A program made the position numbers and the translations under genes. Below the pieces are notes generated by a model that saw only the letters and a list, made by a program, of their open reading frames with translations, was not told the DNA's origin and did no database searches. 64,000 bases of DNA from a bacterium. GTDB taxonomy: Bacteria > Patescibacteriota > Minisyncoccia > UBA6257 > MFKM01. The stretch covers positions 1,368 to 65,367 of the forward strand of contig JAUYAV010000011.1 of assembly GCA_030693325.1 (NCBI GenBank). Direction: 5' to 3'. Positions 1-9,670 of this stretch are shown here, piece after piece. Within the stretch, counting starts at the first letter, position 1, and each line of letters starts with the position of its first letter.

Positions 1-31
1 GAACGAAATTGAAGCGAGTGAAATTAATCAA

Positions 32-475
32 GTGGCTACGGATATAAAAGTCAGTAAAAATGAAATGAAAATTGATAACGTGATAATAGTGGAGGCCACC
101 GGAAAAAGAATATTGCTTAACGTGGGGGACAGGCCGATAAGCGTGGAATCCAACGGGAGCATTGTCATTATTAAAGATAAAAATCTGGAAGTCACAACTG
201 ACAATGTTTCCATATCCGATAATTTACTGAAAATAGGAAATGTTGAAGTTAAGATGACGGCCAGCCAGGCGGCGGAAAAATTAAATATTGCGCCGACAGC
301 CGTCCAACTAACCACAGAGAATGACCAGCCGGTATATAAAATGGAAGTCAGCGAATCAAGAAACCTTTTCGGATTCATAAAAATAAATACCGGGAATACG
401 CAGACCGTCAGCGCTGACAACGGAAATTTAATAAGTGAAAAACGCCCCTGGTATTATTTCCTGACCACGAAATAG
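32..475 (+). CDS. Hypothetical protein, C-terminal PepSY-like fold (5'-truncated by window edge)
   Basis: Open frame; C-terminal 'LFGFIK...VSADNG...EKRPW' pattern resembles PepSY-like tails. Confidence 0.6.
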   Translation: MATDIKVSKNEMKIDNVIIVEATGKRILLNVGDRPISVESNGSIVIIKDKNLEVTTDNVSISDNLLKIGNVEVKMTASQAAEKLNIAPTAVQLTTENDQPVYKMEVSESRNLFGFIKINTGNTQTVSADNGNLISEKRPWYYFLTTK

Positions 476-491
476 TTTTCCGCGCAAGTTT

Positions 492-1184
492 ATGAAAAAC
501 AAAAAGATTATTATTGTTTTGGCAATTATCGGCGTCATATTGGCGGTCTTAATCGGCGTTTATTTCCTATTTTTTCAGAAAACCGCGCAACTGAATTTGA
601 ACAACACGGCGGAAGAGACCGCGGATAACGCAACGGAAAATCAAACACCGACAACGAATCAAGGAAAAACAGAAAATGGCATTGTAACAGATAATCAGCC
701 CAGCCCCGAACAATCTCAAAATAAAATAATAACCGATGATTTTTCCATTAATCTTCCTCCGGGCTGGTCAAAAACCGAAGCCGCGGCCGGGGTTTCGGCA
801 ATGGCTTTTGACACGAATGAAATCATAAAAGATTCCGCGGCCCAAAAAATTAATTTCAAAAGTTATTTGGCGGTGGTTTTTGACGCGCTTCAGGGAAAAA
901 CTCTGGATGAATACCTGCAGAACCTTAAAAACTCGCTTCTGCAAACTATTCCGAATACTGTTTTCACTAAAGAACAGGATATGACAATAAGCGGCAAACT
1001 CGGCCATGCAATGGAAGTGGAACTTTCTCAACAAGGAGTAAATTTCAAAATTTTGACGGTATTCGTCAAGGATGAAAAAGAAGAAAATGTCTGGATTATA
1101 ACTTTCAACACGATTAAAAGCAGTTGGGATGGATATAAAGAATCTTTTTATAACACCGCGAATAGTTTTGTTTTGAAAAAATAA
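492..1184 (+). CDS. Membrane-anchored PsbP/DcrB-like protein
   Basis: N-terminal TM helix, T/N/Q-rich linker, 'FSINLPPGW' and a C-terminal 'SF' end typical of PsbP-like folds. Confidence 0.6.
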   Translation: MKNKKIIIVLAIIGVILAVLIGVYFLFFQKTAQLNLNNTAEETADNATENQTPTTNQGKTENGIVTDNQPSPEQSQNKIITDDFSINLPPGWSKTEAAAGVSAMAFDTNEIIKDSAAQKINFKSYLAVVFDALQGKTLDEYLQNLKNSLLQTIPNTVFTKEQDMTISGKLGHAMEVELSQQGVNFKILTVFVKDEKEENVWIITFNTIKSSWDGYKESFYNTANSFVLKK

Positions 1185-1303
1185 TTACCTCAGGGTTATC
1201 CACAATCCCACCGCGCTGTTTATTTAATGGATTTTTGCTATACTTAAATCAGTGAACAAAAAGGTCGAAAAAATATAATTTAGAAAATTAAAATTAAAAA
1301 ATT

Positions 1304-1996
1304 ATGGCACAATTATTACAAAGTTGGGGTGATGTTACCTTGCAGGCCTTGAGCAATCTTTGGATTCAGGTGTTGGGCGTTATTCCGATGATATTAGGAG
1401 CGTTGATAATTTTTGTTGTCGGTTTGATCGTCGCTTCGGTTTTGGACATGATAGTGATAAAAGTTGTCCGCTTGATAAAATTGGATAATCTTTTGATGCG
1501 CTCGGGATTGGAGGAGTACTTGAAACGGGGCGGTTGGAAGCTTGATACCGGAAAATTCCTGGGAAAGATTGTTTATTGGTTTGTGGTTATCGCGTTTGTC
1601 CTGGCTGCTTCCGATATTTTGAAATTTTACGCTTTCTCCGGTTTCCTCAGCTCAATTCTTAATTACATTCCCAACATCATTATAGCCGTTTTGATTTCAT
1701 TGACGGCCTTCATTATTGCCGGATTCCTCAAATCAATAGTTAAGGTTTCCGTTGCCGGCGCCCGGTTTGAAGTAGCGCACTTTTTAGGCGCTCTTGCCTG
1801 GTGGACAGTGGTGGTTTTCGGATCATTGGCCGCTTTGGCGCAATTGGGGATTGCCAGCAGTTTGTTCAATATAATCATTTCCGGTTTGGTGGCTATGTTT
1901 GCCTTGGCCGGCGGAATCGCTTTCGGCTTAGGAGGCAAAGATTATGCTTCTCATCTTCTTAATAAAATGAAAGATGAAATAGAGCATAAAAGATAA
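1304..1996 (+). CDS. TM-helix repeat protein (CmpX / small mechanosensitive-channel-associated)
   Basis: Multiple TM helices, 'IPNIIIAVLI' repeat, 'AFGLGGKD' C-terminal motif. Confidence 0.8.
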   Translation: MAQLLQSWGDVTLQALSNLWIQVLGVIPMILGALIIFVVGLIVASVLDMIVIKVVRLIKLDNLLMRSGLEEYLKRGGWKLDTGKFLGKIVYWFVVIAFVLAASDILKFYAFSGFLSSILNYIPNIIIAVLISLTAFIIAGFLKSIVKVSVAGARFEVAHFLGALAWWTVVVFGSLAALAQLGIASSLFNIIISGLVAMFALAGGIAFGLGGKDYASHLLNKMKDEIEHKR

Positions 1997-2008
1997 AAGT
2001 TAAGTTAA

Positions 2009-2089
2009 TCAACCCCGCATCTTTTCTGGATTATTTCACGTACGAATTCGCGAAAGCGAAATTCGTATCCAGAAAAGATGCGGGGTTGA
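2009..2089. repeat. Palindromic miniature element with TCAACCCCG...CGGGGTTGA ends
   Basis: 23-bp perfect inverted arms tcaaccccgcatcttttctggat / atccagaaaagatgcggggttga around an inner hairpin. Confidence 0.8.
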
Positions 2090-2631
2090 CAAAGTTTATA
2101 ATTTACCCAATACTTTATACATATATGTATATTTTTCACTATAACGGGCGAGGTGAAAAACTTTATTAAGTTAAAGTTTGTTGTATACCCCGCCTGAAAA
2201 CGGCGGGAATTTTATTTTTATAGCCGGACAATTTGCCCCCAGACCAATTAAGCATTAATGTCTACCGTAAAAAATAAATGCTCAATCGGTGTGTGGGTAA
2301 AGAAGAAAAGATTGAATCGGAAAGAAATTTAAAAAATTAATATGACCCCCGTGCCAAGTCTTTTTTTTGGCGCGGAATTAAATTAGACAATTTTTTGAGG
2401 TAGAGAATTAATAAGGGTATATGGTGGATGCCTTGACACAAAGTGGCGATGAAGGACGTGGCGTAGCTGCGATAAGCCTCGGTGAGGTGCCTAGCAACCT
2501 TTGACCCGGGGATTTCCGAATAGGGAAACCTATTTGCATAAAATGCAAATGATTCCAAATATAAATTTTGGAATAGCAGACCCGCTGAAGTGAAACATCT
2601 CAGTAAGCGGAGGAACAAAAAAAAGATTTTT

Positions 2632-2662
<31 letters not shown>

Positions 2663-2932
2663 GAGCCTAAATTTGTTAAAATTTTCGCAAGAAGATTTTA
2701 ATGAACGTTGCAAGATGGAAATTTTTCTTAAGTTTTAAAGCTTGAAACTTAAGATAAGAGTTACAAATTTGTTGGCTAGTCGAAACCGTTGGAAAGCGGT
2801 GCCAAAGAGAGTGATAGCCTCGTAGACAAAAGTCGGCAAACTCTTAGTTTTTCATTCTTAAGTACTCCGAGGCCAGACAACCTCGGAGGAATCCAGGAGT
2901 ACTATCTCCTAAGGCTAAATACACTTTGTGAT

Positions 2933-2968
<36 letters not shown>

Positions 2969-4938
2969 ATAGGCCGTTGAGGCCGGTGAAATAGAATCTG
3001 AAACCATATACTTACAAGGACTCGGAGCCTTACAATTTCGCAAGAAATAACGGGTGACGAGGTGCCTATTGAAGAATGAGCCAACGACTTTATTTGCATT
3101 GCAAGTTTAACCTCGCGAAGCGAGGGAAGCGAAGGGAAACCAAGTGTTAATAGCGCTAATAGCAGTGCGAGTAAGACCCGAAGCCAAGCGAGCTTGTCCT
3201 GGTCAGGATGAAGGCCGAAGAAATTCGGCTGGAGGTCCGAACCGGTGAGCCGTTCAACACTCTCGGATGAACTGGGATAAGAAGTGAAAAGCTAATCGAG
3301 CTTGGTAATAGCTGGTTCTCTCCAAAATAGTTTTAGGACTAGCGTCGGATAAATAGATTTCTGGGGGTAGAGCACTGGATGATTTGTAAAGGACGAAAGT
3401 TCGACAAATCAATCAAACTCCGAATACCAGATTTTGTTCTCCGGCAGTCAGACTACGGGGGCTAAGCTCCGTGGTCGCGAGGGAAAAAGCCCTGACCGCC
3501 GTCTAAGGTCCCAAAATGTATGCTAAGTGTTAAAGAAAGTCTCCAACCAGAGACAAATAGGAGGTTGGCTTAGAGGTAGCCATCCTTTAAAGAGTGTGTA
3601 ACAACTCACTATCCGATGGTTGGGGGCGTCTAAAATTTATCGGGGCTAAGCATACTACCGAAGACGCGGATTCGTTTTTTGTTTACAAAAAACGAGTGAT
3701 AGGAGAGCATTTCCAGCCGCTGTGAAGGTTGACCCGCGAGGGCGACTGGAGCGCTGGGAAGAGAGAATGTTGGCATGAGTAATCACAAATCAGATGAGAA
3801 ATCTGATCCCCGAAAATCCAAGGTTTCCTCCGCAACGAAAATCGACGGAGGGTTAGGCGGCCCTAAGGCAATGGCGAAAGCCGCAGCTGAAGGACAGTCG
3901 GTTGATATTCCGACCTGCCCATTAATTATCGATGGAGTGACAAAGAAAATAAAATCGCGCGCCTTAATGGTTTGGCGTCATTAATAATAAGATTGGGCAT
4001 CCAGGAAAATCCGGGTGCAAGCCTTTAGTGGCACCCAATCGTTTATCGAAGTAAGGCTAAGTTTTTACTTGGCTAATGCGATTGAAGAGTCTTTCAAGAA
4101 AACCTTCTAAGAGTTATGTTAATGGGCTCCGTACCGTAAACCGCCACAGGTGGGTGAGGCGAGGAGCCTCAGGGGAACGGGTAATTCTTCGTTAAGGAAC
4201 TCGGCAAAAAAGCAGACGTAAGTTCGCAATATGTCTTGGCTGACGCAAGTCAGCCCGCAGCGAAAGAATCTCTGGCGACTGTTTACCAAAAACACAGCTC
4301 CCTGCTAACTCGTAAGAGGATGTATAGGGGGTGACGCCTGACCGATGCGAGAAGGTTAACGGCGGGAGTGCTCTGACGCAAGTTGGAGTGCCCACTGCCC
4401 GAAGCCCTCGTCAATGTCCGCAGTAACTATAACTGTGTTAAAGTAGCGCAATTCCTTTTCAGGTAAGTTCTGAAGCGCACGAATGGCGTAACGATCGGAG
4501 AACTGTCTCAACGAAGAGCCCGATGAAAATGCGATTCCCGTGAAGACGCGGGGTACTGGCAGTAAGACGAAAAGACCCCGGGAGCTTTACTGCAGCTTGA
4601 TATTGTTTTTAGAACTTTAATGCGTAGTGTAGTGGGTAGGCTTTGAAGTTTCGCTTTCGGGCGGAATGGAGCCGACAATGAAACACCCATCTTTCGAGTT
4701 TTAAAATCTAATCTGAACGGCAAAAACGTTCGGAGACACTGTCTGGCGGGCAGTTTTAATGGGGCGTTATCCTCCTAAAGAGTAACGGAGGAGTTTATTA
4801 AGGTCGGCTTAGCCCGGATGGAAATCGGGCTGGACGCGTAAAGGCAAAAGCCGGCTTAACTGCAAGACTGACAAGTCGCGCAGATGCGAAAGCAGAACTT
4901 AGTGACCCGACGATTCTTTATAGAAAGGTCGGAGACAC

Positions 4939-4969
<31 letters not shown>

Positions 4970-5105
4970 GGTGGAGCCCGAGAGTCCATATCGACGGCTC
5001 CGCTCGGCACCTCGATGTCGGCTCACCCTATCCTGGGACTGAAGAAGGCCCCAAGGGTTTGGCTGTTCGCCAATTAAAAGGGTACGCGAGCTGGGTTCAA
5101 ACCGT

Positions 5106-5424
5106 TGAGTTCATAAACATAATTACGGTAATTGCCGTAATTACAGTAATTACTGTAATTTTTATGAATTGAACGGTTTGAATCCGAGGATTATGACATC
5201 AATCACGGCGGTTATAGAAAGTAATTTCTATATTCCAATAGTTTAATTAATTTAGCTAACTAATATCGGTGGAACCCTAATTGATGATTAGGGCAATACC
5301 GAGGGAATTCTTTATAAATTAAAGAAGCCCGTAGAGACTAAGCGTTAGCCTCCGCCAAAATTTTGTAAAAAAATGGGCGGATGAAGATATAGTCCAATAC
5401 ACTTAGTAATAAGTGACCAATATG
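5106..5424 (+). ncRNA. Group I intron without ORF at E. coli 23S position ~2593
   Basis: Interrupts aaaccgt^cgtgagacag; ends in G; IGS tcacg-gcggtt (~5203-5213) pairs with both exons with the U.G pair; core motifs gtagagacta and gaagatatagtc. Confidence 0.9.
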
Positions 5425-5487
5425 CGTGAGACAGGTTGGTCTCTATCTACTGTCAGCGATGAATACTTGAGGGAAGTCGACTCTAGT

Positions 5488-6235
5488 AAACAAAATTTGC
5501 TACTTTCCGAAGTAATTCGGATTGAAAATTCGGCTAATAACGGTGAAATCTTACCATTTAATTATTACAATCGGTCTTGTGATAATTTACTTGAGGACCA
5601 AGAAATGCTAAGATAATACCGTGGGAAGTCAATCTAAAATCAACTTAGCTTATATAGCTGGATTTCTTGATGGCGATGGAAGCTTAATGCTTCAAATCAA
5701 AAAACGTAAAGAGGGGAATATATCCAAGAGGCGTTTCATGCTAACGATTTGTTTTTATCAAGATTCGCGCCATGATAAGCCCCTTTTATGGATTAGAAAA
5801 ATTTTGGGAATAGGTTATCTTTCCAAAAGAAAAGACGGAATGTCGGAATTAAGAATCAATGGCTTCCGCCAAACGGAAAAGATAATCAAATCTCTGTCGC
5901 CGTTCATTAAATTCAAGAAAGTCCAAGCTAAAATTCTTTTGGCATCGGCGAAGTTGCTTCAAAAAAGCAAACTAACCGGTAACGAATTAAAGAGATTGGT
6001 TGATAATATTCTGAAAATTCAATCAGAAAATTACACAACTAAAAGAAAGAAAACCAAAAGAGAATTGCTAAAAAATTTAGGTTTGACCCCGTAACGACTG
6101 AATTCCGCCGATTGGCGGATGAAGATAATATCAATTTTGATATTATAATACGCCGGCCCCGCTAAAATTTTATTTTTGTAAAAATTTAGGCGGGTGAAGA
6201 TATAGTCTGCGCACATAGTGATATGTGAATTCGTG
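5488..6235 (+). ncRNA. Group I intron with homing endonuclease gene, in the sarcin-ricin loop (after U2656 equivalent)
   Basis: Interrupts ctctagt^acgagaggacc; P1 agUaaa/tttGct; terminal G; core gtaacgact and gaagatatagtct; the 63-nt middle exon matches E. coli 2594-2656 spacing. Confidence 0.9.
5621..6094 (+). CDS. Intron-encoded single-motif LAGLIDADG homing endonuclease
   Basis: LAYIAGFLDGDGS motif, 157 aa, GTG start, inside intron 2. Confidence 0.92.
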   Translation: MGSQSKINLAYIAGFLDGDGSLMLQIKKRKEGNISKRRFMLTICFYQDSRHDKPLLWIRKILGIGYLSKRKDGMSELRINGFRQTEKIIKSLSPFIKFKKVQAKILLASAKLLQKSKLTGNELKRLVDNILKIQSENYTTKRKKTKRELLKNLGLTP

Positions 6236-6586
6236 ACGAGAGGACCGAGTTGAACGAACCTCTGGTCTACCGGCTTCAGCACCTGCTGAACCGCCGGGTA
6301 GCTATGTTCGGCCGGGATAAGCGTTGAAAGCATCTAAACGCGAAGCCCCTCCCAAGATTAAGTATCACTAAATAATTTATTATTTAGGTGGTCCCCAGAA
6401 GATTACTGGGTTGATAGGCCTTAGGTGTAAGCTCCGTAAGGAGTTCAGCCGAGAGGTACTAATAGACCATCTATTCTCTACCTCAAAAAGTTGTCTAAAA
6501 TCGTGCTTCACTATTGTTCGGCATAAATCGGCTTTATCAGCATTTATCAGCGTCAGTGGCGAGCGATAGCGAGGCACGAAAATATT

Positions 6587-6695
6587 CCTCGGTGATACAG
6601 TTTATGGTGTCCTACCCGTTCCCATTCCGAACACGGAAGTAAAAGCCATAAACGCCAATGATAGTCCTTCGGGGCGAAAGTAGGCTTTGCCGGGG
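6587..6695 (+). rRNA. rrf: 5S rRNA (compact, ~109 nt)
   Basis: cccgttcccattccgaacacggaagtaaa core; terminal stem cctcgg/ccgggg. Confidence 0.93.
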
Positions 6696-6738
6696 ATTTT
6701 TATTTTAATATTTTAGTATTTAGTTGTAATATTTATAT

Positions 6739-7521
6739 ATGACCCCTCGCTTGGTTAAACAACTGCTTTACGGCGCTTTCTATTTTTTAATAATATTTAT
6801 TATTTTTTGGCTGATTTATATTTTATTTTTGAAACCCGCGCCCACTTGTTCCGATGGACATCGGAATCAAAACGAAATCGGCATTGATTGTGGCGGATTT
6901 TGTCCGTCCTGTGAATTAACCCAATTGAAAAATTTGGCGGGTGATTGGGCTTTAGTTTTGCCGGCTGGAGAAAACGGGATAACGCTGTTGGCTGAGATTA
7001 CTAATCCCAATTTGAATTTCGGGGCTGAAAGTTTTTCTTACCAATTCAAAATCATCGGCCCTTTCGGCTTACTGAAAACCGTTGGAGGTCAGTCATCTAT
7101 TTACAGCGGCGAAATAAAATATTTAATAGCAACCGCCGTTCCGGTTAATCCTCAAGACGCAAAACGGGTGGAACTGGAAATATCTGCCTCCAGTACTGTT
7201 TGGCAATCGCAGGAAAAAATGCCCAAACCTGATTTAGCGAATCCCTCTCATCAAACAGTAATTTCAAACGGAAGCGTAATAGTGAAAGGTATTATTAGAA
7301 ATAAAAGTCCTCTTTTAATATCTCAAACAAAAATCATAGCCCTTATTTATAATTTTGATGGAAGCCAAATCCTAAACGCGTCTTACACAACCTTAGCTGG
7401 CCTCAAAGGGGATGAACAGCGGGCCTTTTCCATTGGATTCCCGAAAGGCGATTGGACCAAAAAAATAGATACAAACAGAACCAAGATTTTTATTGAACCC
7501 CAAATTACCAAATTACAGTAA
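6739..7521 (+). CDS. Membrane-anchored hypothetical protein with Cys-rich motif
   Basis: TM helix followed by PTCSDGHRNQNEIGIDCGGFC. Confidence 0.75.
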   Translation: MTPRLVKQLLYGAFYFLIIFIIFWLIYILFLKPAPTCSDGHRNQNEIGIDCGGFCPSCELTQLKNLAGDWALVLPAGENGITLLAEITNPNLNFGAESFSYQFKIIGPFGLLKTVGGQSSIYSGEIKYLIATAVPVNPQDAKRVELEISASSTVWQSQEKMPKPDLANPSHQTVISNGSVIVKGIIRNKSPLLISQTKIIALIYNFDGSQILNASYTTLAGLKGDEQRAFSIGFPKGDWTKKIDTNRTKIFIEPQITKLQ

Positions 7522-7550
7522 TTACAGTAATTGCCGTAATTACGGTAATT
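7511..7550. repeat. 9-bp-period TAATTAC-type repeat (other copies ~5120-5160 and ~17544-17584)
   Basis: aattacagtaattacagtaattgccgtaattacggtaatt. Confidence 0.8.
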
Positions 7551-7558
7551 AAATTTTT

Positions 7559-8623
7559 ATGTTTAAGAAACTTGATTGGTGGCTTATCGGCGCTTTGATT
7601 TTTATGGCCGCGGCCAGTTTAATATCGCTTTCGTCTACCAAACCGGCGCTTTTTCAAATCCAACTTATTTGGTACGCATTGAGCTTTTTGATTATTTTTT
7701 TTGCGGCAAAAATTAACTGGCGTTGGCTTATAACCCAAAATTGGTTTTTGCTGTCTTTCTATTGGCTGACGATCATTTTATTGATTGCCGCCTTTTTTTT
7801 CAGGCCTATCCGAGGCGCCCAAAGCTGGTTGATAATCGGAAATTTCCAGTTTCAGCCATCGGAATTGGCAAAAATTTCCCTGATTCTTATTTTCGCCAGT
7901 TTTTTCTCGCGCCGTTATCTTGAAGTTTCATTGATTAAAAACATAGCCGCTTCATTTTTTTATTTTTTTATTCCGGCGGCGCTGGTAGCGCTTCAACCGG
8001 CTTTGGGTATGGCTATAATTTTTTTCGGTATTTGGTTCAGTTTTTTGATAGTAAGCGGCTTGAAATGGCAGAGGATTTTCGCCAGTTTTTTAATTTTTAT
8101 TTTGGTATTTTCTTTTCTTTGGATGACTTTTCTGAGGCCCTACCAGAAAGAAAGGGTTTTGGGATTTATCTTTCCGGACCGGAATCCTTTGGGAACGAAT
8201 TATAATGTCATTCAGTCAAAAATCGCCATCGGTTCGGCGGGATTATTCGGAAAAGGCTTCCAGCAGGGGACGCAAAGCCGGCTGGGTTTTCTGCCTGAAG
8301 CCCAAACCGATTTTATTTTTTCCGCTTTCGTGGAAGAATGGGGATTGGTCGGCGGCCTTCTTTTGATTGCCGCTTTTTTGCTGATTATTTTCAGAATAAT
8401 TAAAATTGGCATCAAATCGGAAGGCAACTGCGCCAAATTTATTTGTTTGGGCGCCGCTATCGCCCTCGGTTCGCAATTTTTCTTTAATATCGGTTCTTGT
8501 CTGGGGCTTTCACCGGTGGTGGGGATAACTTTTCCTTTTTTCAGTTACGGAGGATCTAGCTTATTGACTAACGCTTTGCTCATCGGTATAATACAAAATA
8601 TTGCAATTGAATCCTCGTTTTAA
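7559..8623 (+). CDS. rodA: Rod shape-determining SEDS protein RodA
   Basis: FQPSE, IGSAGLFGKG, LPEAQTDFIF, PFFSYGGSS. Confidence 0.92.
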   Translation: MFKKLDWWLIGALIFMAAASLISLSSTKPALFQIQLIWYALSFLIIFFAAKINWRWLITQNWFLLSFYWLTIILLIAAFFFRPIRGAQSWLIIGNFQFQPSELAKISLILIFASFFSRRYLEVSLIKNIAASFFYFFIPAALVALQPALGMAIIFFGIWFSFLIVSGLKWQRIFASFLIFILVFSFLWMTFLRPYQKERVLGFIFPDRNPLGTNYNVIQSKIAIGSAGLFGKGFQQGTQSRLGFLPEAQTDFIFSAFVEEWGLVGGLLLIAAFLLIIFRIIKIGIKSEGNCAKFICLGAAIALGSQFFFNIGSCLGLSPVVGITFPFFSYGGSSLLTNALLIGIIQNIAIESSF

Positions 8624-9653
8624 CAAAAGGGTGAGTTTTATTTTGGTTGGCGGAATAATACTGGCAGCAGTCCTGATTTTGTTTTCTGTTTTTTATTTTA
8701 ACGGGTTGAAGCCGATAGGTTCGGATATAAAATTTGAATTGAAAATTGAAAAAGGGCAGGGATTGAAAGAAATTTCCGCCGCTCTTTCTCAAGCCCGGAT
8801 AATCCGCTCAATAACTGTTTTTAAACTTTACGCTATTTTTACGGGCAAAGCCCGGCATTTGAAATCAGGCATTTATCAATTGAACGGCCGCTTGAGCGTT
8901 CCGGAAATAATTAATTTTTTGATTGATGATTCAAGCCAAGAAGTTTCCATCACTATCACTGAAGGCTCAACTCTTAAAGAAATAGACCGGATTTTGAGTT
9001 CGGCAAATATTATCCCAAAAAATTCATTAGTTAGTTTTTATTTTCCCGTCCATGGCGGGTCCGCCGCAGGCGGAAAAAATGACGAACTAATAAAAGCTTA
9101 TCCTTTCTTGGAAGGTATTGACAATTTAGAGGGTTTCCTTTATCCTGATACTTATCGTTTCAAAATTGACTCTTCAGTCGAAGAGGCAGCTAAAAAATTT
9201 TTTGATAATTTTCAGAACAAAGCTTGGCCGTTAATAAGCCAAAAAAATAATTGGTATCAAATTTTGATTTTAGCTTCTATTTTAGAGAAAGAAGTTCCGG
9301 TTTTTAACGATCAGCAACTGGTGGCGGGGATTCTCAATAAGCGGATAAAAGTGGGAATGCCTATCCAAGTTGACGCGACTGTTCTTTATACTAAATGCCA
9401 AGGGGATTTTTATTCCTGTTCTCAGCGTAAGTTATCAACGGGCGATTTGAAATTGGATTCGCCTTATAACACTTATTTGAATTTAGGCTTGCCGCCGACA
9501 CCCATTGCCAATCCTGGTCAGATGGCGATACAGGCCGCTTTAAGTCCTAAGGCTTCAAATTATTGGTTTTATCTTTCAGATTCCCAAACGAAAGAAACGA
9601 TTTTTTCCGAAACTCTGGAAGATCAAAACAAAAATCGTCAAAAATATCTATAA
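8601..9653 (+). CDS. mltG: Endolytic transglycosylase MltG (start uncertain)
   Basis: LEGFLYPDTY, ASILEKE, QVDAT, SPYNTY...GLPPTPIANPG. Confidence 0.93.
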   Translation: MQLNPRFNKRVSFILVGGIILAAVLILFSVFYFNGLKPIGSDIKFELKIEKGQGLKEISAALSQARIIRSITVFKLYAIFTGKARHLKSGIYQLNGRLSVPEIINFLIDDSSQEVSITITEGSTLKEIDRILSSANIIPKNSLVSFYFPVHGGSAAGGKNDELIKAYPFLEGIDNLEGFLYPDTYRFKIDSSVEEAAKKFFDNFQNKAWPLISQKNNWYQILILASILEKEVPVFNDQQLVAGILNKRIKVGMPIQVDATVLYTKCQGDFYSCSQRKLSTGDLKLDSPYNTYLNLGLPPTPIANPGQMAIQAALSPKASNYWFYLSDSQTKETIFSETLEDQNKNRQKYL

Positions 9654-9670
9654 AATTATTTAAGATTAAG

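Noticed and set aside
1196-1204. DnaA box TTATCCACA suggesting oriC
   Set aside because: Single box; no cluster, unwinding element or dnaA gene nearby.
9563-9670. N-terminal extension of rpoBC given in the ORF track
   Set aside because: Overlaps mltG; the ATG at 9671 fits the normal beta start better.
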